64,000 bases of DNA from the NCBI GenBank assembly GCA_964012805.1, contig CAXGUD010000002.1, positions 96,001 through 160,000 of the forward strand. The letters run 5' to 3'. The stretch is from an uncultured Bacteriovoracaceae bacterium. GTDB lineage: Bacteria; Bdellovibrionota; Bacteriovoracia; Bacteriovoracales; Bacteriovoracaceae. Within the stretch, counting starts at the first letter, position 1. Each line of letters begins with the position of its first letter. Under the pieces are notes generated by a model. It saw nothing but the letters and a program-made list of their open reading frames with translations, ran no database searches and was not told the DNA's origin. The translations under genes were made by a program, and so were the position numbers. This document shows positions 28,501 to 40,141 of this stretch, in pieces.

Positions 28501-28620
28501 GACATCGGGGTAAGTCGCCCTGTTAACACTTGTCAGAACAAGAATGCCCAGAAGGAGGATCACCAAGGTCAAAAGGTTAACAACAAGTGGTCTTTTTAAA
28601 AGAAATTTACTTAAAAACAT
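25564..28620 (-). CDS. RND family efflux permease (AcrB/AcrD/AcrF)
   Basis: YPGAS.EDVE, GLLVDDAIVVAENI, GIIVND, RFRAVMLTT. Confidence 0.92.
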   Translation of the reverse strand: MFLSKFLLKRPLVVNLLTLVILLLGILVLTSVNRATYPDVNFELMMVTTEYPGASSEDVEVNVTNKIEKKLEEVDGIDRIRSLSLENLSLVYIWLDLNASDPQAIKTDIRNAVDRVSDLPSEVSYKPSIEEFKSGNLPLMEIAITGGKDERERRLIAEALEDRIKDLSGVARITKNGYRKREIKIKADPKKLRRKKVSLVEIAKALKERNLRVSGGNFSSPGYLKKVITYSEFKDIEDVKNLIIRSNYSGRQVYLKDVAEVTEGYQKAKVLTKTNGSPSINLVVRAQAKADIIDLSDDIEMTIEELKKGFPKGVKAQIVNNMSYYTNSLLKIVQNNALIGGLFVIISLVVFLSKKVAFWTAFGIPLSLLGAVIFFPTLGVSINIISLITMILVLGLLVDDAIVVAENITRHREMGKEQVNAAIDGVREMFWPVTTTIITTILAFLPMFFLSGILGRFIYTIPVVVVAALIFSLFECTCLLPAHVAMGKSTGKDEEAAWWTRIKNLYERLLKGFLKRRFLTILLFVGFLGFSGVLFKTKMTYVLFPYNDVDSLFVLAEMPEGTPLQTTSKKMEAVEAFVSKVAGKDSSGYITTIGHHDTDPYGATGGQKENHALITLILKPAIQRGKTSETIMREIEKGLLDLTKKQGFTKLWTKKYKDGPPVGRPVTLSVVTKNTELRNKVSKDIFDFLSSVKGVVDLESDMKEGQNELRIIPNYYKMGRLGVTVETVAHTLRVAFQGSVPTKIVQEGEEIDFRLQISKKGFEDEREILKKVQVMNQRGRLLDLLPLVKLQEVRGQTIIRHYNGKPSVTISSDLNEKVTTSKKVKQLIQEKFKGQIEGTPGLQVVFGGEEKATEESIQDFIIAFPFCILGIYFVLVILFNSLIQPFIILATIPFGLAGVVISFYVFNLPLSFLGMIGSLGLVGIIVNDGLIMVSHLNQVSMGRELTMELLLKGAKDRFRAVMLTTVTTVLGMAPTIFGIGGYEPFLVPIVLAVAGGLVFATTLILIFIPVLYSFKIKK

Positions 28621-28679
28621 GAGCTATACTTACCTTTAGTAGACTTTCATTCAAAATGAATCTTTTAATTTCAAAGATT

Positions 28680-28711
28680 TGTCAAGGTATAGACCCCCCC
28701 TCTCGTTGACA
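28680..28711. promoter_or_regulatory. Back-to-back TTGACA (-35) hexamers between the divergent RND and START genes
   Basis: TTGACA on minus at 28680-28685 and on plus at 28706-28711; -10 elements are poor. Confidence 0.3.
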
Positions 28712-28785
28712 AGGTGTGTGTTCCAATATTAGAAGTGGAACCAACAGCAACCTTTTTAAACAAGGCTTCCGAAGGAGCAAAAACC

Positions 28786-29544
28786 ATGAACTGTTTAACA
28801 AAACACATCAAAAGGTCTTCTCAGGCATTCCTCTTTGTTATTGCCTTAAGTCTTATTTTTATGGGGCCGGCGACCCAAAAAGCATATAGCGAAATGTCAG
28901 AAAAAGGTTTTTCGGATTGGAAACCTCTTTTTGAAAAGAATGGAATTAAAGTTTTCAAAGGAAAGCTCAAGGGTGAAGCGGTTATTCCCTTTAAAGCGAT
29001 TGGAACATTGAATGGATCTCTCGAAGAGGTTGTAAGCGTCCTTTTAAATTTCCAGCAAAAACCGATATGGTCTCCCAAACTAAAATCAGTCAAAATTCAT
29101 AAAGAGACGAACTCTTTTGTGAAAACCTTTAGCGAATATTACGAAACACCTTGGCCTTCTTCCGATAGAGAGTTTCTTCTTGAAGGAAAAATGGATATTC
29201 CAGACCAGAATTTAGTTAAACTTTTCGCAAGCTCATCTACAAAAACTTCATTTTCTAATAAAGACCATGTTTTGGCACAAGTCAACAATTTAGACCTAAC
29301 CTTAAAACGCCTTACCGAAACAAAAACCGCTGTAGAGTTTGTTTTTATGGGTGATTTAAAAGGCTGGATCCCAGCATGGATAACCAACCTTATTCAAAGA
29401 CGATGGCCCTACAAATTTTTAAAAGGGCTTGAAAAACATATCAATACAAAGAAGCTCAAAAATCAGCCTTTTCCACTTCCGCAAGATGTTAAGAAAAGGC
29501 TTACACACAACTTAAAAGTCACCTTAAACCAAGAGAAAATTTAG
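28786..29544 (+). CDS. START-domain lipid-binding protein, exported
   Basis: W..LFEKNGIKVF, TPWPSSDREF, DLKGWIPAW; ATG 28786 after AAGGAG. Confidence 0.85.
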   Translation: MNCLTKHIKRSSQAFLFVIALSLIFMGPATQKAYSEMSEKGFSDWKPLFEKNGIKVFKGKLKGEAVIPFKAIGTLNGSLEEVVSVLLNFQQKPIWSPKLKSVKIHKETNSFVKTFSEYYETPWPSSDREFLLEGKMDIPDQNLVKLFASSSTKTSFSNKDHVLAQVNNLDLTLKRLTETKTAVEFVFMGDLKGWIPAWITNLIQRRWPYKFLKGLEKHINTKKLKNQPFPLPQDVKKRLTHNLKVTLNQEKI

Positions 29545-29624
29545 TAAAGACTCAGTTAAAAATTAAAAGATTTAGTTAACGATTAAAGGACTTAACTGTT
29601 AGAAAATATAAAAGGAACATTTCT

Positions 29625-30059
29625 ATGAAAAATATCATTGCCCCCACAATAACACTCATCACTTTTTTAATTATGACAAATGTTTACGCCTCAAAGTCAG
29701 ATTGCCCAGTAGAACTTAGCAAACACAACCTTTGTGCCAATATATCTTGGAAATTAGGGCCTCAATATGGAATCTATTCAAAAGCAGTTGTTACCTATTG
29801 GAAAAAAGGATTAAAAGCTGAAGGTCTTGTTGACCCAAACCCTTCCTTAGAAGTTTATCCATGGATGATTATGCCAAAAATGGAGCACGGTGGAAGCAAA
29901 GTTAAAATCAAAAAATTGGCCAAAGGAACTTATGAGATAGACCAAATTTTACTTTTAAAAATGCAGGGTTTTTGGGAGCTTCGCTTTAAAGAGCCAGGCG
30001 CGAACCCTAAAAATGGGGCTTTGGCCAAAAATAAAATTCATTTTACCAAAAATAAGTAA
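29625..30059 (+). CDS. YtkA/FixH-like exported protein
   Basis: Signal peptide; MPKMEHG, GTYEI....MQGFWELR. Confidence 0.7.
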   Translation: MKNIIAPTITLITFLIMTNVYASKSDCPVELSKHNLCANISWKLGPQYGIYSKAVVTYWKKGLKAEGLVDPNPSLEVYPWMIMPKMEHGGSKVKIKKLAKGTYEIDQILLLKMQGFWELRFKEPGANPKNGALAKNKIHFTKNK

Positions 30060-30104
30060 TTCCTTTAGTTTTACCTCAAAAAAGAAGGTTATAATGGTCT
30101 CTGT

Positions 30105-31043
30105 ATGGAGCTAAAACAAAAAAAGGCCAAGCCTCTTATAGGTGTTAGCGGTTGCCTCCTTGGGGAAGAAATACGCTACAATGGTCAACATAAAAAACAT
30201 CCACACATACTTCATGATATGGCAAAAGATTTTAACTACATTTCTTTTTGCCCTGAAGTTTCTATGGGCCTTGGGATTCCAAGGGCCGCTGTCCACCTAG
30301 CGGAAGTCGATGGTAAGCCTCACCTCGTCAATGCTAAAGATAGCTCGATTGATCATACAGAACTTGCTCAAAAAACTTTTGAAAAAATAACTCCGGAATT
30401 AAAAGAAACAATGGGCCTAGTTTTTACCAAGGGCTCTCCAAGTTGTGGAAAAGATCCTGTTAGGCTTTACCACGCAGAAAAAAAGGTGCCTCTTGGGAAA
30501 TCAAAAGGTCTTTTCGCCCAACATATTGAACAGGTCTATCCTCTTATTCCAAAAATTGATAGTGGGAGGCTTTACGACAAGGATCTAAGAGAAAATTTTT
30601 GTTCTCAAGTTCATTGCTTTCATGAATTCCAAACCATGGAAAAAAGACCACGCTCCCTCGTTAAATTTCATGAAGAACACAAGTTTTATATCCTTCAATA
30701 CGGAGATAAGTTCCTTAAGAAACTAGGACGTATATGCTCGGGCATTGATAATAAAAATATAAAAGGAAAGTGGTCTCTTTACGAAGAGGTTCTTTTTATG
30801 GAGACTTTTAAAGAAAGCATTACGGTCAAGAAAAGAACAAATGTTATTGAACATATGGCAGGCTTTTTTAAAAAAGAACTCTCAAAGAGTGATAAAAACT
30901 ACCTTCACGAAAGTATCATGGCCTACCACGACCGAAAATTGAGTTTTGAAACACTTCTTGTTCTCATTTATTACTTAACCGAGAGTAAAGATCAAGCCTA
31001 CTTAAAAAACCAAAAGATTTTTAAATATTATTCTAAGCTCTAA
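30105..31043 (+). CDS. DUF523 (2-thiouracil desulfurase-like) + DUF1722 (YbgA) fusion
   Basis: GVSGCLLGEEIRYNG, CPEVSMGLGIPR, SPSCG; C-terminal NVIEHMAGFFKK, YLKNQ. Confidence 0.88.
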   Translation: MELKQKKAKPLIGVSGCLLGEEIRYNGQHKKHPHILHDMAKDFNYISFCPEVSMGLGIPRAAVHLAEVDGKPHLVNAKDSSIDHTELAQKTFEKITPELKETMGLVFTKGSPSCGKDPVRLYHAEKKVPLGKSKGLFAQHIEQVYPLIPKIDSGRLYDKDLRENFCSQVHCFHEFQTMEKRPRSLVKFHEEHKFYILQYGDKFLKKLGRICSGIDNKNIKGKWSLYEEVLFMETFKESITVKKRTNVIEHMAGFFKKELSKSDKNYLHESIMAYHDRKLSFETLLVLIYYLTESKDQAYLKNQKIFKYYSKL

Positions 31044-31079
31044 ACTTCCCTATTTTTCCCATTTACTTTGTCCCTTATT

Positions 31080-31106
31080 TAAAATTTCTCCTTATTTTTC
31101 CGATAC
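31080..31106 (+). promoter_or_regulatory. Sigma-28 (FliA)-like promoter
   Basis: TAAAATTT-N11-TCCGATAC versus consensus TAAAGTTT-N11-GCCGATAA. Confidence 0.65.
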
Positions 31107-31144
31107 TTAATAATCTTTTAAACGTTTTAATTTAAAAAAAATAA

Positions 31145-33874
31145 ATGAGAAAATTTACACTTTTGTTCATATTTCTATTTATTTCACTATTACAACTTTC
31201 TTACACAAAAGAAGGCATAAAAACCTTTGATTTAAAAGAATGGAACCCTAACGGAAAAGAGGTTTTTTCATTAAAAGGAAATTGGTCCTTCGTCTGGGAC
31301 AAACTAGTCGGACCGGAAGAGTTTTTAAAAGATGGTCTTCCTTATAGTGACAAAAAAAATAGGCTCATGCCAGGACGTTGGGTAAATTACGAAGGCCTAA
31401 GTTTAAAAAATAGATTTGGAAAAGCAACTTTCGTTGCGACTTTAACAAATGTTCCTCCCAATAAAGTTCTTTTTTTTAATGTGGTTCAGGTTTATAGCGC
31501 ATTTAAAATTTTTTTCATACAAAAAGGTAAATTGGTTGGTATTTGGGAAAATGGAAAAATAGGACATTCAAAAAAAGAAGAAATTCCAGGAAAGTACAAT
31601 GCCTTAAAATCTTTGGCATTTGGCGAAGGTGATATAACTCTCATTATGCATCTTACAAACAACCACCTCCATACAGGAATGATAGGGAAAGTTTTTAATC
31701 TCGGTACCGAAAATAATATTTATATTGAAGACCAAAAGAGAAAAATTATTTCTACCATCGTCTTTTCAATCCTCTTAATTATGGGGGTATACCACCTCCT
31801 TTTTTGGTTTATAAGAAAAAAAGATCAAAGCCTTCTTTGGTTTGGTATCTTCTGTACTGCCGCGGCCATAAGAACAGGTTCCGTTGAATCTTTATTTGAA
31901 TATTTCAGTGACACAAGTTCACTGAAGTTTGTTCTCAATCATAGAGTAGGTTACATTTCACTTTACCTATATCTCCCAGCTTTTGCGAGTTACCTTAGAG
32001 GACTTATCAGAGACTATGTACCTAAAACTTTTGAGATATTTGTTTGGTCTTTTAATATTATTTACCTTTTTACAGCACTTCTTCCGTCCCAGTTTGTAGG
32101 AAACCTCCTCTTAGGAAGAGCTTGGCAACTCTTAACAATTTCTATGGCCTTTTTATTTGTCGTTTTTCTTATAAGGGCCACCTACAAGAAGGCCCCCTAT
32201 GGTAAACTTCTTCTCTTTCCTCTCATTGTGGCCGTTGGAACGGGAACCTATGACGTCGTGGCCATTTTATTTGAGTTTGGACTGAAAGATATATCAACTT
32301 GGGGATTTGTCTTTTTTGTCATCACTCAAAGTTATCTTCTTTCTATGAAATTTTCTAATGCCTTTGATATGGCGGAGTCAATGAAAGAAAACCTTGAAGA
32401 AACAGTCAAAGAGAGAACAACCGATCTAGAACTGCAGGCAATCGAGTTAGAAGACCTTATGGAAAAGATTTTTTATCAAAAAAAGGCCAGAGATGACCTC
32501 CTTTCTCATATTGGTGATGCTTACATGGTATTTAACAAGGAAGGAATTATTCAAGAGGGTTCAAATCAAAAATCGGAAACCATGTTTGAATGCGACTTAT
32601 TTGAATCAGAAGCACGAAAGATTAAAATATGGGACATTCTTAGACTAAAAGATGAATCAATTGAAACTTTTAAGAAGTGGATTAATAACGTATACAAGGG
32701 CTCTATTAGTTTTAAAGACCTACTCCCCTTTGCACCAAAGCACTTTGAAGATAATAATTTTATCGAACTACAATTTAGGCCTATTTACAAAAATGAAAAA
32801 AATAAAGTAGTCGAAAAAGTCATTTGTATTGGAAGCGATAAGACAAAAGAAAAAATGATCGAAGAGAAAATGGAAAAAGATCGTTTAAAATTTGAATTTG
32901 TTACCAATTGCCTTAGAAGCCCAGTTGAATTTATTGACCTTATTGACGAAGTATTTGATCTTTTTAGAAACTGGTTTAACTTGAAAAAACAAGATAAGGA
33001 AACACTTTTTAGAACCTTTCACAATTTGAAAGCGAAACTGTCTCAATTTTCTATAAAGTCTTCAGCAATAATTATTCACGATATTGAAACCCATATAATG
33101 GAGGAAAAAAGGAATTTGGTAGAAAAAAGATTTCAGGACCTTCAAGAAGAAATGAAATTATTTTTGAAGGAAAACCGAATGATCGTGGAAGCAGCCAATA
33201 AGTATATCGTGGCCGAAGGTCATGCTATAAGGATCAATGAATTAATTGACCAGGCAAAAAAGTTTAAATCAATTGAAGAACTTTTGGAATACATTAATAG
33301 AAATTATGTTTTAAGAGATATCAAAGACAAATTTAAAATTTTTGGTCCTGTTGTTAAGGAAATATCGGAAAAATTAGGGAAAAGCGCCTCCTTTGAAATA
33401 TCAGGGGAAAAACTCTTACTCGACTTAAGCCAATATGAATCCTTTTTGAATTCTTCCATTCACATAGTAAGAAATATGCTTGACCATGGTCTAGAAACAG
33501 AAGAAGAAAGAGTGGAAGCTGGAAAAGAAAAGGTTGGTAAAATAACAATATCTATCCAAAAGAAGGAAGAGTCGGTGAGAATTTCCTTTCAGGATGATGG
33601 ACGGGGAATCAACCTTTCTAAACTAAGGTTTATTATTATTGAAAATGGACTTGGAAAGGAAAAAGAAGTTAACAACATGAAGCCAAAAGAGCTTTTTCAA
33701 TTTCTTTTCAACCCTCTTTTTTCAACCAAAGAAGATGTAAGTGAACTTTCTGGAAGAGGTGTCGGACTTGATATCATTAAAAAAGAAGTTGATAACCTTA
33801 AAGGAACTATCGAAGTTCTAAGTACAGAAGGAAAGGGCACCCAATTTATTATTGAACTTCCTTTGTTAAAATAG
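31145..33874 (+). CDS. 7TM-DISM sensor + PAS-like + HPt + CheA-type ATPase histidine kinase (no CheW domain)
   Basis: LKGNWSFVWDKLV extracellular domain, 7 TMs, RTFHNLKA, HIVRNMLDHG, DDGRGI, SGRGVGL. Confidence 0.85.
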   Translation: MRKFTLLFIFLFISLLQLSYTKEGIKTFDLKEWNPNGKEVFSLKGNWSFVWDKLVGPEEFLKDGLPYSDKKNRLMPGRWVNYEGLSLKNRFGKATFVATLTNVPPNKVLFFNVVQVYSAFKIFFIQKGKLVGIWENGKIGHSKKEEIPGKYNALKSLAFGEGDITLIMHLTNNHLHTGMIGKVFNLGTENNIYIEDQKRKIISTIVFSILLIMGVYHLLFWFIRKKDQSLLWFGIFCTAAAIRTGSVESLFEYFSDTSSLKFVLNHRVGYISLYLYLPAFASYLRGLIRDYVPKTFEIFVWSFNIIYLFTALLPSQFVGNLLLGRAWQLLTISMAFLFVVFLIRATYKKAPYGKLLLFPLIVAVGTGTYDVVAILFEFGLKDISTWGFVFFVITQSYLLSMKFSNAFDMAESMKENLEETVKERTTDLELQAIELEDLMEKIFYQKKARDDLLSHIGDAYMVFNKEGIIQEGSNQKSETMFECDLFESEARKIKIWDILRLKDESIETFKKWINNVYKGSISFKDLLPFAPKHFEDNNFIELQFRPIYKNEKNKVVEKVICIGSDKTKEKMIEEKMEKDRLKFEFVTNCLRSPVEFIDLIDEVFDLFRNWFNLKKQDKETLFRTFHNLKAKLSQFSIKSSAIIIHDIETHIMEEKRNLVEKRFQDLQEEMKLFLKENRMIVEAANKYIVAEGHAIRINELIDQAKKFKSIEELLEYINRNYVLRDIKDKFKIFGPVVKEISEKLGKSASFEISGEKLLLDLSQYESFLNSSIHIVRNMLDHGLETEEERVEAGKEKVGKITISIQKKEESVRISFQDDGRGINLSKLRFIIIENGLGKEKEVNNMKPKELFQFLFNPLFSTKEDVSELSGRGVGLDIIKKEVDNLKGTIEVLSTEGKGTQFIIELPLLK

Positions 33875-33905
33875 ATTATTAACCTTTATAGTACGAGTTG
33901 CATAA

Positions 33906-36130
<2,225 letters not shown>

Positions 36131-36262
36131 TTAGAGGAAACTCGTATCTTAACTCATTTTTTTTAAAAAAAACAATTAATATTTTTATTAATTAAATTTA
36201 AAATACCTTTTGTCTATAAATTCCCTTTAAAGATAAAGTTTAATAAAAAAAGGTTTGCGTTT

Positions 36263-37183
36263 ATGACTTCATCTAAAGAGACCTCCTATATCGACAGAGA
36301 GTCAAAAAAACTAAAAGTAGAAAAGGTCTACGGCAAGTGGTTTTTGGACTTAATCTATAAAAACCCTTTGGGAAAAAATCTTCGCTTTCTCTTTACCAAT
36401 AAATTTTTTAGTTATCTTTATGGTAAAATTCAAGACCTCCCTCTTTCAAAAGCTAAATATGAAAACTTTATAAAAACTTTTGATATAGAGATGTCGGATT
36501 TTAATTTAGACAGACCAAATAACGAAGTTCCCTATAAAACATTTAATGATTTTTTTATCAGAAGCTTCAAACAAGGAAAAAGAACATTTCCGAAAGAATT
36601 TCATTCTTTCCCTGCCTTTTCCGAGGGCAGATACCTAATACACCATGAGTTAAATGATACGCTGACCTTTCCTCTCAAAGGAATATATTTAGATCCAAAG
36701 TCAATTTTAGGGCATGATAATCCTTGGACCCAACACTTTGATGGTGGGTCTCTCATCATCTCAAGGCTTTGCCCAGTTGATTATCATCGGTTCCACTTCC
36801 CAGATGATGGGAAACTGATAAAAAGTTATCGAGTCAAAGGAGAACTTCAATCCGTCAATCCTACTGGTCAAAAATATAACCAAAAACTTTATTTTAAGAA
36901 TGAAAGACAAATTAATTTACTAGAAACAAAACATTTTGGAAAAATTGCCTTCATTGAAGTTGGTGCAATTTGCGTTGGTAAAATTATTCAAGCAAAGAAA
37001 AAAAACGCTAATTTTAAGAAAGGTGAAGAAAAAGGTCATTTTCTTTTCGGGGCTTCCAGTATCTTAGTCTTTTCAGAAAAAGGAAAGATTCTTTTTGACT
37101 CCGATATTTTAGAAAACACCAAGGCCCAAAAAGAAACATTCATAAAACTTGGAACCAAAATTGGGTCATCTCCTCCACCCTAA
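36263..37183 (+). CDS. psd: Phosphatidylserine decarboxylase proenzyme
   Basis: FNDFFIR, RLCPVDYHRFHFP, NER, EVGA..VGKI, KGEEKGHF.FGASS. Confidence 0.9.
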   Translation: MTSSKETSYIDRESKKLKVEKVYGKWFLDLIYKNPLGKNLRFLFTNKFFSYLYGKIQDLPLSKAKYENFIKTFDIEMSDFNLDRPNNEVPYKTFNDFFIRSFKQGKRTFPKEFHSFPAFSEGRYLIHHELNDTLTFPLKGIYLDPKSILGHDNPWTQHFDGGSLIISRLCPVDYHRFHFPDDGKLIKSYRVKGELQSVNPTGQKYNQKLYFKNERQINLLETKHFGKIAFIEVGAICVGKIIQAKKKNANFKKGEEKGHFLFGASSILVFSEKGKILFDSDILENTKAQKETFIKLGTKIGSSPPP

Positions 37184-37206
37184 TAATATTTAGAAATATA
37201 TCAATT

Positions 37207-40017
37207 TTATTGTCTCTTAGTCTTTTTTATCGCCATTTTTAAAAGCTTTTCAACTACATTCAATTGAATGCTCTCAGCACTTTCCTCAAGCTTTTCAAAA
37301 AAAGGAATCAAGCTTTTTAAATTGATACTTTTACATTCTAACTTTAGATTCTTGCAACCTTTTTCTATTTCAGTTAACTCCATTAATTCTTCCCACCTTA
37401 TGAAAATTCCATTTAATTTTGAAATAAATTCAATCTGATAATCGTTCAACGACTGTGGTATTGTAAAATCTAAAGAAACATAGTCATCCATTTCCGATAC
37501 TTCATTGGGTCCAAACATCTCAACGGTATGCTCTAAATAATTACTTAATTCCTTCAACAAAGAGTCCCTGTCGACAGGTTTATGTAAGGAGCTACTAAAA
37601 CCGACTTCTTGTGGTTTTTCGATTTTTTGAGTTGAAATAAAAATAGAAGGTATATTAATATTTTCTTTTCTTAATTCTTTTAGCGCTTCTTCAGCACTAA
37701 GTTCAGATAGGCCCTCGCTCGCTAAAACTACATCTGGTTTTATAACCTTCACCTTTTCAAGTAACTCTTTTCCACTATGAGCCACTTCAACGTTCAAGTT
37801 ATGGGTAGCTAAATATGCCTTGTATAACTCAAGACTTAAATGATTATCTTCGCAAATTAGGACTGTTCCACCCAAAAAACTATATAAATAATCTTTTCTT
37901 AATATTTTTTGTTTCGAAAATTTTAGATCTTTAAGTTCTATAGTGAATACACTTCCTTTTCCTAAAACTGAAGAGACTCCCAATGTACCATTTAGATCTT
38001 GTATTATTTTGTTTGCAATATAGAGTCCTAAGCCGCTCCCCTTTTCTGGAATGCTTCCTTTTTCATGAACTTCTGAAAAAGCATCAAAAATTCTTAACAA
38101 TTTATCATTTTCAATGCCTCGACCTGTATCTTCAATACTGATAATCAGATTAAATACTATAGGTTTTTTTTCTATTTTTATTCCGTAAACCTTTAATTTG
38201 ATATGTCCTCTTTTTGTAAATTTAGTTGCATTATTTAAAATATTATCTATTGCTCTTTTAAGCATGACTTCATCTGTTTCAATCCAATGGGGTAAGTCAT
38301 CATCAACCTCCATTAAAAAGTTTAAAGATCTTCCTTTACATTCATTTTTAAATTGAACGGAAATAGAGTTTAAGAACTCTTTGAGGTTAACTTTAATTGT
38401 AACAACTCTAAATTCATTTAACTCAATTTTGGTAAAGTCATAAATTGTATTAACAAGTCTTAGTAAAGATTTTCCGCTTACATTAATCGCATCAATAAAC
38501 AACCTTTCTCTTTGGTCCCACTCTTCAAATTCCATGATTTCTTGTAAAATTTTTGAAAAACCTAGAATGGCATTTAAGGGAGTCCTTAGTTCATGACTTA
38601 AATTTGAAAAAAAGAATGATCTTTCTCTCTGAATTTTTTCTAAAGCTTCGTTACTTTTTATTAATGCATTATTACTTTTAACAAGCTCAATATTCGCTAA
38701 CTTTAATTGGGATGTTTTTTCATTAACAGTTTTACATAAGCCTTCTTTGATATCAGATAGCTCTTTATTCAAATCCTTAAGTTGCTTCCGCTCTATGATT
38801 AGGTTTTTATTTAATAACGTCATTTCTCTTTCGCTTTTTAAATAAAGTAAATGCTCAAGTTCCTTTACAATGCTCAGACCAAAGGAAAGAAACAACATTT
38901 CAAATAAAGAACCTATAATGGTAGAGTGGCTTGTAAAGAAATTAATTGGTATGACTCCATTTAAAGTCAAAAACGCTGCTATATTACCGGATATTTTTGA
39001 AAATATGGCAATCAGAAAAAATATTGCTGGAAGATCATTTTTATTTATTTTATAGGCCGCCATAAATAAGAGACCCGGGACAAAAATTATGTAGACTAAA
39101 CCTACGACTTTTCTGAGAGCAAAAGGAAATGTAAAAAGTGGCAATAAAGCAAGAACTAACCATATGAAAGTCCAGAAAACAGTAATCTTGAAAAGAACGT
39201 GATTCTTTTCTTTAATTTTAAGAAATTTGGCGGCAAAGATGTTTAAAAAGAGAATTGACAAACAAGTAAAAATTAGATGACCTTCATTGTTCAGCCATGG
39301 TAGATCACTAACCATAAAAAGATGACCATATCCATAGCCAATTGATACAAAAAGCAAATAAAACCCTACATGGAAAACATAAAAAATATATGTCGTTTCT
39401 TTTAACCTAAGGTAATTAAATAAATTATGGATAAGCATTAAAAAAGCAAATCCAAAAAACATGCCAAGAACAAGGTTATTTTTAATATTTTGTTTAATTA
39501 ATTCTTTAGAAGATGAAATAGTTAGAGGCATTTGAGTTGCAAAACCTTTAGCTTTTATAAAATAAAGAGTTTCTATTTTATTATCCGGAATAATTTCAAA
39601 ATAAATCCCTCGCATTTTGAATTCACGCTCGGAAAGATTTATGTTATCTCCACCTAGAGATTTCCTCCATTCATTTTTTTCTTTTTTAAAAAACTCAATA
39701 TTATCCTGAGAAACAAAATTATAAGATAGGATCCACTTTTTAGAAGGGTCTAAGTTTTTAACCTTAAACCTTGCCCAAAAAGAGGACTTTGAAACGCCAA
39801 AGTTTGGGTGAAGAGAAGAATTTTTTTTAAATTTTTTAGACCACTTAGGGCCCGTTACATCTGAAATTTTTAAATTTCCTGTTTTATCCTCCAAAATATC
39901 AATATTTAAACCTATCAAATAATGCTCTTGGCCCTTTTCCAAAACAATAGGAGGTGTTTCGGCGCCAATGCCTATGGACAGCAGAAAGGAAATTATAAAC
40001 ATAAAAAATAACTTCAA
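37207..40017 (-). CDS. 7TM-DISM hybrid histidine kinase (HisKA-HATPase-degenerate REC)
   Basis: SHELRTPLNAI, NNATKFT, DTGRGI, GSGLGL; REC has Ser at the phospho-Asp position. Confidence 0.88.
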   Translation of the reverse strand: MKLFFMFIISFLLSIGIGAETPPIVLEKGQEHYLIGLNIDILEDKTGNLKISDVTGPKWSKKFKKNSSLHPNFGVSKSSFWARFKVKNLDPSKKWILSYNFVSQDNIEFFKKEKNEWRKSLGGDNINLSEREFKMRGIYFEIIPDNKIETLYFIKAKGFATQMPLTISSSKELIKQNIKNNLVLGMFFGFAFLMLIHNLFNYLRLKETTYIFYVFHVGFYLLFVSIGYGYGHLFMVSDLPWLNNEGHLIFTCLSILFLNIFAAKFLKIKEKNHVLFKITVFWTFIWLVLALLPLFTFPFALRKVVGLVYIIFVPGLLFMAAYKINKNDLPAIFFLIAIFSKISGNIAAFLTLNGVIPINFFTSHSTIIGSLFEMLFLSFGLSIVKELEHLLYLKSEREMTLLNKNLIIERKQLKDLNKELSDIKEGLCKTVNEKTSQLKLANIELVKSNNALIKSNEALEKIQRERSFFFSNLSHELRTPLNAILGFSKILQEIMEFEEWDQRERLFIDAINVSGKSLLRLVNTIYDFTKIELNEFRVVTIKVNLKEFLNSISVQFKNECKGRSLNFLMEVDDDLPHWIETDEVMLKRAIDNILNNATKFTKRGHIKLKVYGIKIEKKPIVFNLIISIEDTGRGIENDKLLRIFDAFSEVHEKGSIPEKGSGLGLYIANKIIQDLNGTLGVSSVLGKGSVFTIELKDLKFSKQKILRKDYLYSFLGGTVLICEDNHLSLELYKAYLATHNLNVEVAHSGKELLEKVKVIKPDVVLASEGLSELSAEEALKELRKENINIPSIFISTQKIEKPQEVGFSSSLHKPVDRDSLLKELSNYLEHTVEMFGPNEVSEMDDYVSLDFTIPQSLNDYQIEFISKLNGIFIRWEELMELTEIEKGCKNLKLECKSINLKSLIPFFEKLEESAESIQLNVVEKLLKMAIKKTKRQ

Positions 40018-40053
40018 ATTAAGCCTTTAAAAACTTCCTATTTCCTTCTTATC

Positions 40054-40080
40054 TTGTCGGTTTAATCGATCATCCTTTGA
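40054..40080 (-). promoter_or_regulatory. Sigma-28-like promoter
   Basis: TCAA-N15-ACCGACAA on the minus strand upstream of the kinase. Confidence 0.55.
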
Positions 40081-40141
40081 GCTATCTTAAAATAATTTTG
40101 GTTATAAAGCGGTATGACTTTACTTATTTTTGGTAATTAAA

